A stretch of 64,000 nucleotides of DNA. It comes from a virus. The translations under genes were made by a program, and so were the position numbers. Numbering within the stretch: the stretch's first letter is position 1; every line of letters begins with the position of its first letter. Positions 43,432 to 53,841 of this stretch are shown here, piece by piece. The stretch lies in UHGV virus genome UHGV-1484817, one strand, 5' to 3'. The notes below the pieces were generated by a model that was given only the letters and a program-made list of their open reading frames with translations, searched no databases and was not told the origin of the DNA.

Positions 43432-43491
43432 TCAGGGGAAGTTCTCCGTTTAACATAGCGCCCCCGTGCGGGGCGCATAACAGGGAAAGTT

Positions 43492-45081
43492 ATGTCTCAA
43501 TATTCAATTCAACAGTCATTAGGTAATGCATCCGGCGTCGCTGTTAGCCCGATCAATGCCGATGCGACGTTATCTACCGGTGTTGCATTAAATAGCAGCT
43601 TGTGGGCTGGTATTGGCGTATTTGCGCGTGGCAAGCCGTTTACTGTTCTTGCGGTTACTGAGTCCAATTACGAAGATGTTCTCGGCGAACCGCTGAAGCC
43701 GTCTTCCGGCTCACAGTTCGAACCAATTCGTCATGTGTACGAAGCTATTCAGCAAACGTCTGGTTATGTTGTTCGTGCTGTTCCGGATGATGCGAAGTTC
43801 CCGATTATTATGTTCGATGAATCAGGCGAACCAGCTTACAGTGCGTTGCCATACGGTTCTGAAATTGAACTTGATAGCGGCGAAGCCTTTGCTATCTACG
43901 TTGATGATGGTGATCCGTGTATTTCACCTACCCGTGAGTTAACCATCGAAACGGCAACAGCGGACAGCGCGGGTAATGAACGCTTCCTCTTAAAACTGAC
44001 CCAGACGACTTCGCTCGGCGTGGTAACGACCCTGGAGACACACACTGTGTCTTTGGCGGAAGAAGCAAAAGATGACATGGGCCGCTTGTGTTATCTGCCT
44101 ACGGCTCTGGAAGTCCGTTCTAAATATCTGCGCGCGGTTGTTAATGAAGAGCTGATTTCGACGGCGAAAGTAACAAATAAAAAATCGCTGGCGTTCACTG
44201 GCGGTACCAACGGCGATCAGTCGAACATTTCCACTGCTGCTTACCTGCGTGCGGTGAAAGTGCTGAACAATGCGCCGTACATGTACACCGCTGTTCTCGG
44301 CCTGGGTTGCTATGACAATGCGGCGATCACTGCGTTAGGTAATATCTGTTCTGATCGCTTGATTGATGGCTTCTTTGATGTCAAACCGACATTGACGTAC
44401 ACGGAAGCGATCTCTGCTGTTGAAGATACCGGTTTACTTGGTACCGATTATGTAAGCTGTGCTGTCTATCATTTCCCGTTCTCCTGCAAAGACAAATGGA
44501 CCCAATCCCGCGTGGTCTTCGGTCTGTCTGGCGCGGCGTATGCGGCGAAAGCTCGTGGCGTCAAGAAAAACTCCGATGTCGGCGGTTGGCATTACTCACC
44601 GGCTGGTGAAGAACGTGCCGTCATTGCTCGTGCATCACTTCAACCGCTGTATCCGGAAGACACCCCGGACGAAGAAGCTATGGTCAAGGGCCGACTCAAT
44701 AAAGTATCTGTAGGTACTTCGGGCCAGATGATCATCGATGATGCTTTAACTTGCTGCACGCAGGACAACTATCTGCATTTCCAGCACGTCCCATCCCTGA
44801 TGAACGCAATCAGCCGTTTCTTTGTCCAGTTAGCCCGACAGATGAAGCATAACCCGGACGGCATTACTGAGTCTGGCCTGACTAAAGGGATGACCAAACT
44901 TTTGGATCGCTTTGTCGCCTCCGGCGCTCTGGTGGCTCCTCGTGATCCTGATGCTGACGGTACAGAACCGTATGTGCTGAAAGTTACGCAGGCGGAATTC
45001 GATAAATGGGAAGTAGTCTGGGCCTGCTGCCCGACTGGCGTAGCCCGTCGTATCCAGGGCGTACCGCTGCTTATTAAGTAA
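43492..45081 (+). CDS. Probable contractile tail sheath protein
   Basis: 529-aa ORF of sheath-like size and composition followed by tube-like genes; assignment from size and position. Confidence 0.5.
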   Translation: MSQYSIQQSLGNASGVAVSPINADATLSTGVALNSSLWAGIGVFARGKPFTVLAVTESNYEDVLGEPLKPSSGSQFEPIRHVYEAIQQTSGYVVRAVPDDAKFPIIMFDESGEPAYSALPYGSEIELDSGEAFAIYVDDGDPCISPTRELTIETATADSAGNERFLLKLTQTTSLGVVTTLETHTVSLAEEAKDDMGRLCYLPTALEVRSKYLRAVVNEELISTAKVTNKKSLAFTGGTNGDQSNISTAAYLRAVKVLNNAPYMYTAVLGLGCYDNAAITALGNICSDRLIDGFFDVKPTLTYTEAISAVEDTGLLGTDYVSCAVYHFPFSCKDKWTQSRVVFGLSGAAYAAKARGVKKNSDVGGWHYSPAGEERAVIARASLQPLYPEDTPDEEAMVKGRLNKVSVGTSGQMIIDDALTCCTQDNYLHFQHVPSLMNAISRFFVQLARQMKHNPDGITESGLTKGMTKLLDRFVASGALVAPRDPDADGTEPYVLKVTQAEFDKWEVVWACCPTGVARRIQGVPLLIK

Positions 45082-45090
45082 GGAAATACA

Positions 45091-45906
45091 ATGAGCAAAA
45101 ACTTTTTTCAATCCGGGGCATTTTTGGGGAATGGACTGTCCCGTTTCGCTTTGAACTCTGATCCTGTGCAGCTGATGGAGTCTGCCCGAGCAAGCGCTGA
45201 ACCGCCAACAGATCCGGTTATTAATAATAATCCGGAACCGGCGGCACAGACTAACGATAACGTTCCATCTGCCCCGGCTCCTGAGCAAATCCTGGAAGGG
45301 AAAGACGGTAAAGAATGGACCGTCGAACAGGCGCACCAGATGATTCTGGAAGCTGCAAATCGAAGTGCTATGCAGAATGCGTTGAGTGATGCGGCCGACG
45401 CCGTTTTCGCCTGGGCTGATAGCGGTGATCTGACTTTCGACTCCCTTGATGGTTTCGTTCAGGCTATCGCTGGTATCTCTGATGACGACGACTCCGAAGT
45501 TACAGAAGAACAGGACGATGCCTATAACGAAGCATGGGCAAATGTTGCTGACTTCCTCGCAGCATGCGGTGTAGATGATGACCTGATCGAAGCACTGGCT
45601 GACGATGAAGACGACGACGCAGCTGCTGATGTTGGTGCCTCTATCGCTGGTTTAGATAGCGACGACCGCGACGAACTGGAAGCGGCGTTTGTTGTTGCTG
45701 GCACTTCTGATGAAATGCTGACTGAAGCATTTAAGAAGGTTGTTCGTAATGGTGAGATCAAACTCATCCGTAAACGCCTGCGTAAAAAACGTCTGACTGC
45801 GGCTCAAAAATCGGCGCTGAAAAAAGCGCGTCGAAAAGCCCAGACCGGCGCGGCAAAACTTGCCCGCAAAAAGTCAATGAAACTGCGCCGTAAGCGCCTT
45901 GGCTAA
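45091..45906 (+). CDS. Acidic protein with strongly basic C-terminal tail
   Basis: About 200 acidic residues (Asp/Glu/Ala-rich) then a Lys/Arg-rich 50-aa C-terminus. Confidence 0.5.
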   Translation: MSKNFFQSGAFLGNGLSRFALNSDPVQLMESARASAEPPTDPVINNNPEPAAQTNDNVPSAPAPEQILEGKDGKEWTVEQAHQMILEAANRSAMQNALSDAADAVFAWADSGDLTFDSLDGFVQAIAGISDDDDSEVTEEQDDAYNEAWANVADFLAACGVDDDLIEALADDEDDDAAADVGASIAGLDSDDRDELEAAFVVAGTSDEMLTEAFKKVVRNGEIKLIRKRLRKKRLTAAQKSALKKARRKAQTGAAKLARKKSMKLRRKRLG

Positions 45907-45941
45907 AGGAGGAGGCCGGAGAACTCCGGCCTTTAACTTGA

Positions 45942-46523
45942 ATGGCACCTATACCTTATGGGGTTTACAGCCAGGCTGACGGTGTATCGCCATTTCTGAA
46001 AGTTACTTTAACGAACTCTCAGTATCAGGTTACCGGATATATCAGCCAGGGGGCGGCAATGAACATGGCCCAGAATTGGGAAGCACCGTTTACTGGTATG
46101 TCCATGGGGTCTGTTTCTGGCGCTCTGGGGGGGTTTGTGCAAGTAGGTACTGAAACAACGTCGGTTGCCCGTTGGAACAGCTTAATGGTTTGGGAAGGGG
46201 GGACACCGCCGACGTTCACGCTGCCCGTAACTTTCATTGCTTTGAACAATCCATTCATTGAAGTTTCAGGCGCTATCGCCGCGTTGACAGCCATGATTAG
46301 CCCGGAACTAAAAGCGGCCAATGTTGGTGGTCGAATCCCGGAACGTGTGACGCTAAACATTGGTCGCCGGATCAACATCACCGATGTCGCTATCCAGGAC
46401 TTAAGTTTTGATCTCGATGCGCCAAGGGACAGTAATGGATATTTCCTGAAAAACACCGTCAACCTCCAGTTGACCGGTTCTTCGATATATAACAGCTCCG
46501 ATATTGTTCGGGCGTTCCAGTAA
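45942..46523 (+). CDS. Tail structural protein (tube-like)
   Basis: 193-aa ORF in the tail block; assignment by position and size. Confidence 0.45.
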   Translation: MAPIPYGVYSQADGVSPFLKVTLTNSQYQVTGYISQGAAMNMAQNWEAPFTGMSMGSVSGALGGFVQVGTETTSVARWNSLMVWEGGTPPTFTLPVTFIALNNPFIEVSGAIAALTAMISPELKAANVGGRIPERVTLNIGRRINITDVAIQDLSFDLDAPRDSNGYFLKNTVNLQLTGSSIYNSSDIVRAFQ

Positions 46524-46534
46524 AAGGATTTTAT

Positions 46535-47044
46535 ATGGGGCACAATAACACTAAGGGAAACCGTAAATTTATTAAGGGCCGCTATACTGCCAACGCGGCC
46601 AAAGGCGAACGACTGGTATCTTCTGAATTCCAGCTCACTTTTGCAGGCCATGAAGATATCAGCGTACTGGTTCGCACGTCGCAAATTCCTGAAATGACCC
46701 GCGAGGATGTGGAGGACTATGGTCCGAATGGTGTGAAGTTCAACCAGCACGGACCAATTCGAAACTCTGGGGAAATCCAGGTCCAGTGCGTGGAGACTAT
46801 CGAAGGCGATATTCTTCAGTTCATCAAGGATCGCATTGCGGCGAAGGACTATGTTGATATCACGATGGCTGCTACCCCTGAATCCAAATCTTCCGGGGTT
46901 AACGCTGTAACAAAAGCTGCTACAACAATTGAAATGTTGGACTGCAAAATCTACAGTGATGCAATCGACTTTAGTACCGAAGATGTGACTGCCGCTGTGC
47001 GCCCGTCACTTCGTATCGTCTACAACTGGATTGAGTGGGATTAA
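46535..47044 (+). CDS. Tail structural protein (tube-like)
   Basis: 169-aa ORF, last gene before a strong terminator. Confidence 0.45.
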   Translation: MGHNNTKGNRKFIKGRYTANAAKGERLVSSEFQLTFAGHEDISVLVRTSQIPEMTREDVEDYGPNGVKFNQHGPIRNSGEIQVQCVETIEGDILQFIKDRIAAKDYVDITMAATPESKSSGVNAVTKAATTIEMLDCKIYSDAIDFSTEDVTAAVRPSLRIVYNWIEWD

Positions 47045-47063
47045 GAGTCATCCCTTGTATTTT

Positions 47064-47090
47064 AAAGCTCCTTCGGGAGCTTTTTTTATA
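47064..47090 (+). terminator. Rho-independent terminator
   Basis: AAAGCTCC-TTCG-GGAGCTTT followed by TTTTTT. Confidence 0.7.
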
Positions 47091-47215
47091 ACTATTTTAT
47101 ATAAACATGCATCGATAACATTGTCTGGAGTTTTATGTTAGATTATTAATGTTCTAATAAACTACAATTATTGAGGTAGATGTTTGTGCCTGTACTGTTA
47201 AAGGGGGACTCTAAA

Positions 47216-47812
47216 ATGGCTGTGATTCCAATGTCGTACTCCCCGGGTACTGTCGCTCGTCGATTTTCGATCCTGGACGGAGTTACCATCCAGGGTGTGC
47301 TTTACCAGGTTATATGGGATTCCAAAACCCCATTTGCAGCTGTAATAGAGGCTGCGCCTTCTGTTATCGATGGTGATATGCGGCATAAGGTTGTCGCTAC
47401 TCTTGAACTTCAACGTCGCCCGCAGCTTGAAGGCGTACTGGTAAGGAAGTTCTGGGAGGATAGCGATGTTGCCCAGATTGAAGGTATCGTGGTTGATGGA
47501 ACTGTCCGGGATGTCGGTTTAGCTACTTTTGTTTACGAAACCGTAGCCTCAAAAGCTGGTGTTGTTTTGCTCAGTGATAATGAGCAATACGAAGGTGGAA
47601 AAGCTCTTTGGCAACATATCGCCCGTCGCTCTTCCGAGCTAAAAGTGTTTATCCTCGACACCGATGCCGCTCAGTATTACCCGTTTGACGGCGAACGTGT
47701 TTGCTATGACGGGGTAAGTATTCCTGAATCCGAGATATGGAGTGAACACCCAGATCGAAGTAAGCATGGGGTTGTTCTGGTCGCTGAATCCATAATTGGA
47801 AATGCGGCATAG
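47216..47812 (+). CDS. Hypothetical protein
   Basis: Start at ATG 47216 behind AGGGGGA; ORF track gives the longer 47180 start. Confidence 0.45.
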   Translation: MAVIPMSYSPGTVARRFSILDGVTIQGVLYQVIWDSKTPFAAVIEAAPSVIDGDMRHKVVATLELQRRPQLEGVLVRKFWEDSDVAQIEGIVVDGTVRDVGLATFVYETVASKAGVVLLSDNEQYEGGKALWQHIARRSSELKVFILDTDAAQYYPFDGERVCYDGVSIPESEIWSEHPDRSKHGVVLVAESIIGNAA

Positions 47813-47994
47813 CAGTAAAAAATTCCTTGCTCCTTAAAATGGGAGAGGGTTAATCTACGTATGCTAAGCATAGATATGGCCTCAGATTAATGTTAAGCGT
47901 CTTGCAGGACGCGTAATGTTATCTGGGGCTTTCTTCTATCTGCTTTTCGGGTAATGCCTGAAGCAGATAGCCTCAAGCACCCGCAACGATTGTA

Positions 47995-48321
47995 TCAATG
48001 TCTGGCTTTTTTTCTATAGAAATCACCTGGAAGGGTGAATATCCACATCAGAAGAAATGTAGCAGCAAACATGATCCCTAATGGCCAGACCGCGCCAAAG
48101 AAAATCCATACTAAGATCTCCTCTGCTCGTTCTTTGCGGTCGATATCGACAAGCATTTTTCGGCTGATCATGTATACACAGAAGCCAATACAAACATATC
48201 CTGCAAAAGCGATCGCTAACTGTAAAAAATCAGATTGCATCTCCGACCTCAAACTGAAAACGCCAGGTGACTCCAGATTAGAGCAATCTATCACCCTCTG
48301 AATCCTGCCGGTATACCCCAT
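47995..48321 (-). CDS. Small membrane protein
   Basis: 108-aa ORF with 2-3 hydrophobic helices, downstream of repL. Confidence 0.4.
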   Translation of the reverse strand: MGYTGRIQRVIDCSNLESPGVFSLRSEMQSDFLQLAIAFAGYVCIGFCVYMISRKMLVDIDRKERAEEILVWIFFGAVWPLGIMFAATFLLMWIFTLPGDFYRKKARH

Positions 48322-49136
48322 TGTTCGTTATCTTTATTTTTGGCTAAAACCGCATTAAGAGCTTCGTTTACCGTCATGCAATGCGGCAGATTATCGAAGT
48401 TTGATACCCCGCCAATATCAGGAGAACGCTTGTTCTTCAGGTAAGCATATTTCCGCGCTGCCGCCTCTACTTTCTGCTTGAACTCATGTTTTTGAGCGCG
48501 TTTTTTGGATAACCGCAGATTGTCAGCCTTTGCTTTTGCCTCAGCGATCCATGAAGTCAATTTTTTGAGTCTGGTCGTTCCGGCACCGCCGGAAACTGAT
48601 CTTTTTGTTTTTTTAACTTGTGACTTCTTATTCTTTATTGCCACGTCATCCTGACAGGGGGAGGGGGTATCATTTTGACATGGGGGTGTGGATAAAAAAT
48701 TAAATAAAGCCAATGTCTTAGCGAGAACAGCTTTAACCTTGGTTGCCGCTGAAGAGATCTTTAATTTGCTTTCAATCAGCGCATTTTTGGCTTGTTGTGC
48801 GAAGGCCAAAAAGGATGGTGTAAACCGGTACAGGTTAGCACGACGTTCATGGTGATCGCCGATAACAATCTCTACAGACAGAATTCCTTTGTTTACAGCT
48901 TCACGGAATGCACGAACGACGGTTGATTGGCTATAACCAGTTTCTGCCGCGATCAGGCGGTGAGGCTTGTGAATGAAGTATTCACTGGTTGTTGCCGCTA
49001 GATTTGCACATTGCGACAGGATATGCCCGGCGCTACGAGATAGACCGGAGTGTGTTACAAAGCAGGCCAATTCATAGCCAGAAAAAGTAAAATCGCTCAT
49101 CGTTATACAGCTCAGGAAAGTGACTTTAGCCAGCAT
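48291..49136 (-). CDS. repL: Lytic replication initiator RepL
   Basis: Downstream of kilA in a C1-controlled operon as in P1; N-terminal helix-turn-helix-like region, basic C-terminus. Real start may be the internal MSDFTFSG. Confidence 0.7.
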   Translation of the reverse strand: MLAKVTFLSCITMSDFTFSGYELACFVTHSGLSRSAGHILSQCANLAATTSEYFIHKPHRLIAAETGYSQSTVVRAFREAVNKGILSVEIVIGDHHERRANLYRFTPSFLAFAQQAKNALIESKLKISSAATKVKAVLAKTLALFNFLSTPPCQNDTPSPCQDDVAIKNKKSQVKKTKRSVSGGAGTTRLKKLTSWIAEAKAKADNLRLSKKRAQKHEFKQKVEAAARKYAYLKNKRSPDIGGVSNFDNLPHCMTVNEALNAVLAKNKDNEQWGIPAGFRG

Positions 49137-49165
49137 TACAATGCTGGTGGTTCTTACTACGTCTG

Positions 49166-49966
49166 TTAGCGCGTTGCCGCGACAGGTACCAGCACACCAG
49201 CATCAAGCAATCGCTTCATCAGCCACTGCTGACCTTTGCCGGTTATACGAGTCGTGAAAGAAATCCTGCTTCCATTGCTTGTATCGATCACGGTTTCTTT
49301 AAGGGTGAAATACCCACGGGATATGTATTCTTGTTTGGGGACGTTCCTGCGTTCACCGGTTGCGATCAGAATTCCGTTATCACGCAACCAGGTGAAGAGA
49401 TAGTTTTGGCCCAGGCCGAGCACTTTGGCATAGTTGCCGATTAGAACCCCGCTGGCGGTAGCAACGCGTTCGGCGAATTCGACTTTAGGCGCATCCATAA
49501 GCATTTTTTGCTCCAGCCGTTGCTTTTGCTCTGCCAGGTCGGCAGCCAAACGGAGAGCTTCAGGGAGACTCTGCGGAATAGCAGGTTGTAATCTTCCGGC
49601 TCGATAGTCGATAAATGTCTGGTTTACCTTCAGCCGAAACGCGGGAGAAATCCAGCCTGCGTACTCCACAGCGAGCAATTCATGGGCAAACGTACCGCCG
49701 CCACGGCCTTCGAACGAAACTATGCAATTCTGCATAGTTTCTTTTTCAAGCTCTTCGATAAGCTGTTTGGCTGACAGCGTTCTTAGCCATTGAGCTGGCG
49801 CTTTATGGGCACCGAGTCCGCTCGCTCTGTGTAGAGCATTAAGGTTGTAACGGCCAGCGCGGTCGGTCGTAATTTCAACACCACAAATAACAGGCAGAGT
49901 GGTTGAAGGATCGACATTTTGATGAAGGTTTGATATATTCATATCCGCATTGAATGTTTGTTGCAT
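49166..49966 (-). CDS. kilA: KilA protein (KilAC-type C-terminus)
   Basis: 266-aa ORF; C-terminal block ...PEALRLAADLAEQKQRLEQK...PKVEFAERV... shared with the Ant proteins; C1 operator upstream. Confidence 0.75.
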   Translation of the reverse strand: MQQTFNADMNISNLHQNVDPSTTLPVICGVEITTDRAGRYNLNALHRASGLGAHKAPAQWLRTLSAKQLIEELEKETMQNCIVSFEGRGGGTFAHELLAVEYAGWISPAFRLKVNQTFIDYRAGRLQPAIPQSLPEALRLAADLAEQKQRLEQKMLMDAPKVEFAERVATASGVLIGNYAKVLGLGQNYLFTWLRDNGILIATGERRNVPKQEYISRGYFTLKETVIDTSNGSRISFTTRITGKGQQWLMKRLLDAGVLVPVAATR

Positions 49967-50034
49967 TTTTTCTCCAAATTTGCATCAACCTTCAATCACC
50001 AGCTCGAAAAGGTGATTCTTTGCACTTAGAAAAC

Positions 50035-50051
50035 GAAATTTATTAGAGCAA
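50035..50051. promoter_or_regulatory. C1-type operator (Op53-like) for the kilA-repL operon
   Basis: AAATTTATTAGAGCAAA, 16/17 reverse-orientation match. Confidence 0.6.
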
Positions 50052-50129
50052 ATTTTTCTGACCCGATCCAGATCGGGTTGGACGATCTGCTCAGAAACCT
50101 GCCAGTTTGCTGGCAGGTTTTTTCTTTTG

Positions 50130-51167
50130 TTAACCTATTGCTACTGGTTTTAACAAACCAGCATCAAGTAGCTTGCGAGTTAACCACTGCTGGCCTTTAC
50201 CCGTTAATTGGGGCGTCAGCCGTATCTGGTAGCCATTTTCATCATCCAGCACCACTTCTTTCACCGTGAAATACCCGGCGTTAATGTACTGCTGGCGCGG
50301 TACGTTTTTGCGCGCACCAAAAGCCATGAGAATGCCGTTCTGGCGCAACCATGAGAAAAGGGCGTTTTGCTTAAGTCCAACGACCTTTGCAAAGTTCCCG
50401 ATCAGGATTCCATTGGCCACTGATACCCGGTCGGCAAAATCGACTTTAGGGGCTGCGGCCACCAGCTGTTGTTCCAACTGCATTTTCTGTTCTGCTAACT
50501 CGGCAGCCAGGCGTAGGGCTTCTGGTAATGTCTGGGGGATCGATGGGGTAGGGGAGTTTGCCTGCTGTAATTCTTCCAGTTTGTCGATCAGCGAACGGCG
50601 GACCGCTTTTGACTCGCGCGCGGCGACTCGCAGGGCTTGTTTGAAAGTCATGGTTATGACAAGCATTGATGTTTTGTTCATTTTTTCCACTACACTTTTT
50701 GTGTAGTGCTCACCATCAAGCTCATCGAGTATTTTTTCGATGAATTTGTTGTTCCGAACCTCTGGTTCCCCACATAACTTACGCGCTTCATTGACCATCT
50801 TTAACAGTGTCTGGCTGTCGATTGTGTCTCCAGTGTTGGAGATAACATTCACAGCTGGTGATGGCGTAGCTGAAGCAACAGGTGCTGTTTTTTCAACATT
50901 TAAATTATTACCGGTCATTCTATGTGCCTCCTTTCTCATTTCTGCTGCCACTGTTGCGTAACGTAGACGTCCTTGTTCAATCAAATAATCCCTGATCTCG
51001 GCTATCAGTAGCCTGTTGATCACAGCCTTATCTGTTCGGGTATAAAAACGTCTGGTTATCATGAAATAGTTAGCAATTGCGCCGGGGATCTCCCGTGTCG
51101 GCATACAGGCAGTATGCAAGGCGATCGCTTCGGCTATTTCATTACGGGTGACGAGAGGTGTTTTCAT
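50130..51167 (-). CDS. ant: Antirepressor Ant
   Basis: 345-aa ORF with KilAC-type C-terminus; start overlaps the icd stop; c4-like leader upstream. Confidence 0.8.
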   Translation of the reverse strand: MKTPLVTRNEIAEAIALHTACMPTREIPGAIANYFMITRRFYTRTDKAVINRLLIAEIRDYLIEQGRLRYATVAAEMRKEAHRMTGNNLNVEKTAPVASATPSPAVNVISNTGDTIDSQTLLKMVNEARKLCGEPEVRNNKFIEKILDELDGEHYTKSVVEKMNKTSMLVITMTFKQALRVAARESKAVRRSLIDKLEELQQANSPTPSIPQTLPEALRLAAELAEQKMQLEQQLVAAAPKVDFADRVSVANGILIGNFAKVVGLKQNALFSWLRQNGILMAFGARKNVPRQQYINAGYFTVKEVVLDDENGYQIRLTPQLTGKGQQWLTRKLLDAGLLKPVAIG

Positions 51168-51385
51168 AAACCCCCCTGAACGTCGGCAGAGAAGGGGAGG
51201 CTCCAGTAACTAAGTGAATTGCGCGAGTTAGTTGAAAAACGGGCAGTAAAAATGCAGGGGCCATCAGGCAATTGAGAGCGTGCTTCGTCTTCTGTTGCTG
51301 CGATAACGAAGTGATAGTGGTGTTTTTGGCAGGAGTAAAAGCGCCAGATAAATTCAGGATGAGTAGGGGTAGGGATAGTAGCCAC
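51164..51385 (-). CDS. icd: Icd-like small protein (73 aa)
   Basis: MATIPTPTHPEFIWRFYSCQK...; overlaps the ant start. Confidence 0.65.
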   Translation of the reverse strand: MATIPTPTHPEFIWRFYSCQKHHYHFVIAATEDEARSQLPDGPCIFTARFSTNSRNSLSYWSLPFSADVQGGL

Positions 51386-51389
51386 AATG

Positions 51390-51530
51390 GCAGCCTCCTT
51401 TTGCTAATTTAAGGAGCTACCGCGTGAGGTTCCAATCTCAATGGCGGTAGCACTGACTGGGTTGGAACTACCGGCGCAAAAGGGAACCGGCCTGCCTTTC
51501 GGCAGCCCAGCCAGCACTACCATTGATCTC
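51390..51530 (-). ncRNA. c4: c4-like antisense RNA / structured leader (boundaries approximate)
   Basis: Near-identical to 1205-1345; same hairpins. Confidence 0.4.
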
Positions 51531-51568
51531 GGAGCTATGTGCTACGTATGGTTGTGCGATGGCATGAC

Positions 51569-51593
51569 ACAAAAAAAGACGCTTTTGGCGTCT
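51569..51593 (-). terminator. Rho-independent terminator-like hairpin (minus strand)
   Basis: Same AGACGCCAAAAGCGTCT plus T-run as at 1386-1408. Confidence 0.45.
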
Positions 51594-51882
51594 ATGTCGC
51601 CTTTTGCATTATCCGGGGTTCCAATCCCGGCATCCGTTTTACTAAGATGCCTGTTTAGGATAAACCGAAAATGCATTAGCACGCAAGCAAGTTAATGTAG
51701 CATATGAAGCTAAAAAAATAAAATAATTAGAGCAACTTGCAACCATGTAAATTATTTCTCTGGTAACTAAAATGTATGAGTTTAATTGATATGGGTCAAA
51801 GATTTTGACCATTGCATGGTGAAACTTTATGCTACAAAATGTTATTTTAAGGCGTTTTATCTGTGGCAGGAGATAGTTAATC

Positions 51883-52233
51883 ATGTCATCTGAACATGTT
51901 CGTAAAGGTGTAACAAATGCGAAATTCAATGAAGAGCAATCTAATATTCTCTTTATTGAAATAGGAATTCTGTCAATACTGATAGGTTTAATGTCTAAAT
52001 CATGGTGGGCCTTTGGCGGTTCTTTTCTTGGACTGATTTTTAGTTTAAGAATAAAATTTCTAGCAATACCATTGATGATTGTATTTAGCTTAGTATGGGG
52101 AGCTATTGGCTATAGTATTGGTACTTTGTTTGAATCAACAGCAGCAAGTATTGTTTTGGGGGTAATTGCTTTCCTGAGTGGTTTGGGTACTCATTTTGCT
52201 GCCGTGCAATGGGCAAATGATATTGCAGAATAA
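51883..52233 (+). CDS. Small polytopic membrane protein (AT-rich cassette gene 1)
   Basis: 116-aa ORF with 3-4 predicted TM helices; low GC; preceded by the palindrome GGTCAAAGATTTTGACC at 51794-51810. Confidence 0.5.
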   Translation: MSSEHVRKGVTNAKFNEEQSNILFIEIGILSILIGLMSKSWWAFGGSFLGLIFSLRIKFLAIPLMIVFSLVWGAIGYSIGTLFESTAASIVLGVIAFLSGLGTHFAAVQWANDIAE

Positions 52234-52255
52234 TTACAGATAAGAAGCGAAAAGA

Positions 52256-52732
52256 ATGAATATGAGATGGTTTTTATTATTTGTATCGTTAGTTTCAGCA
52301 GGAACATTTGCAAAAATTGATCCTCTACAATGGAATGTAATTGAAGAGAGAGGGGGGAGAGAATATACAATCCATAATCATAATGGTGATAAGATAAGTT
52401 TTTTATGTGATATGGGATTCATGTATGGTTCACCAGATAGTGCAGGTAGTTTAGGCTTGTTGCTAAGTTCGTCGAATAATAAAAAAGAGTATAATGCTGA
52501 CAAGAATAAAATAGTATTAACTATAGATGGTGATCAATATCCTTTTAGCAATCTTGGATCAATGGTTGGAGATTCTTGGTGGTATGCCTTTTGGCAAGAT
52601 GCAGCAGATTCAAATGCTAATATGATTGATGCTTATGTTGATAATGAAAAAATTGCTACATTCCCTCTTTCTGGGCTAAGTAAGTTGTATCAACAAGCCA
52701 AAATGGATGGATGTATTAAACGAGGCAAATGA
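52256..52732 (+). CDS. Secreted/periplasmic protein (AT-rich cassette gene 2)
   Basis: N-terminal signal peptide MNMRWFLLFVSLVSAGTFA; two Cys; low GC. Confidence 0.5.
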   Translation: MNMRWFLLFVSLVSAGTFAKIDPLQWNVIEERGGREYTIHNHNGDKISFLCDMGFMYGSPDSAGSLGLLLSSSNNKKEYNADKNKIVLTIDGDQYPFSNLGSMVGDSWWYAFWQDAADSNANMIDAYVDNEKIATFPLSGLSKLYQQAKMDGCIKRGK

Positions 52733-52806
52733 TCTTTCTGTGTTAAAGATTAACGCAATCAATAAAACATTGGTTGCGTAATATTCTATTATAGAAATGG
52801 AATAAT

Positions 52807-53841
52807 ATGACAAAAATTACTAATTCTAATGAGTTGAAGTTGCTGTATAAACAGTCAGTGCTCATTCCATCATACAAAGATCACGTAGCGATCTTGCAAA
52901 AACAATTAGGAATAGAAAAACATTCTTTTCAAAATATGCCAAGATTGAATAGACAAGCTGTAATTAGTAACTCTCTTCGAAAACAATTGGCTAGTATACC
53001 GAACTTGGCTGGAATAGGCAGCAAGTATCGTGAACATATCGCGATTTTACAGAAACAGACTCAGGCTCTTTTCCCTCATGATGCAAATAGATATATTCAA
53101 ATGCTAAGGAAACAGGCCGAAATAGCTATGCCATTACGAAAACAGCTTGAGGTGCTTAATAAGCAAGCTGGTTTAAATAACATGCAAGCGATACTTAAAG
53201 AATTACAACAAAGTGCAAGTTATAAAATAGATGTAAGCCAAGACATAAAGAAAGTACTAGATCACTATGCTAGAACAAGAAATGCTTCATTACATCAAAT
53301 AATAGAGCAGGGGATTTCATCTATTGCGCAGGCTTATGCTGAAGGTGCTACTGAAACATCACACACCAAAAGTAATGTTCAAAATAAAGGATTAAATAAA
53401 CCTAGCTCAAAGTTTGTTGATTCATTTAAAGAGCTTCCTTATCCACTGCAATGGTTACTAATGGTTATATTTTCTCAAGTTGTGTTTGGTGCTTTTATTG
53501 ATTACGGAAAAGAGAAAACCTTGCTGGGAATACACAAGGCAGAATCATATTTTATATCTCTGTTTGAGGATAAACCAATATCAAAACAACAATTAATTAA
53601 AGAAAACAAAGAAATTAGTTGGGAAGATCTCAATGGTTTTCGTTTTATAACTGGTGAGAACGTAAGATTACACGTCAGTCCTTCTATAAATAGTGAGGTG
53701 ATTGAATGCATTGGCAAAAATACTATAGTGGCTGTTTTAGATAAAAAAGATCGCCAATGGCTTTTCGTGCAGGTTAAATCAGGGGACGAGTTTATTACTG
53801 GATGGATTACACGAACATACACAAAGCCTCTTAAGGCTTGA
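52807..53841 (+). CDS. Membrane-anchored protein with C-terminal SH3b-like domain (AT-rich cassette gene 3)
   Basis: Repeated (H/A)ILQKQ and LRKQ motifs N-terminally, one TM helix (LQWLLMVIFSQVVFGAFI), C-terminal SH3b-like segment. Confidence 0.5.
   Translation: MTKITNSNELKLLYKQSVLIPSYKDHVAILQKQLGIEKHSFQNMPRLNRQAVISNSLRKQLASIPNLAGIGSKYREHIAILQKQTQALFPHDANRYIQMLRKQAEIAMPLRKQLEVLNKQAGLNNMQAILKELQQSASYKIDVSQDIKKVLDHYARTRNASLHQIIEQGISSIAQAYAEGATETSHTKSNVQNKGLNKPSSKFVDSFKELPYPLQWLLMVIFSQVVFGAFIDYGKEKTLLGIHKAESYFISLFEDKPISKQQLIKENKEISWEDLNGFRFITGENVRLHVSPSINSEVIECIGKNTIVAVLDKKDRQWLFVQVKSGDEFITGWITRTYTKPLKA

Noticed and set aside
51642-51929. 95-aa minus-strand ORF at the junction between the immunity module and the AT-rich cassette
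   Set aside because: Falls in AT-rich intergenic DNA containing the operator-like and palindromic sites and overlaps the start of the first cassette gene; no RBS.
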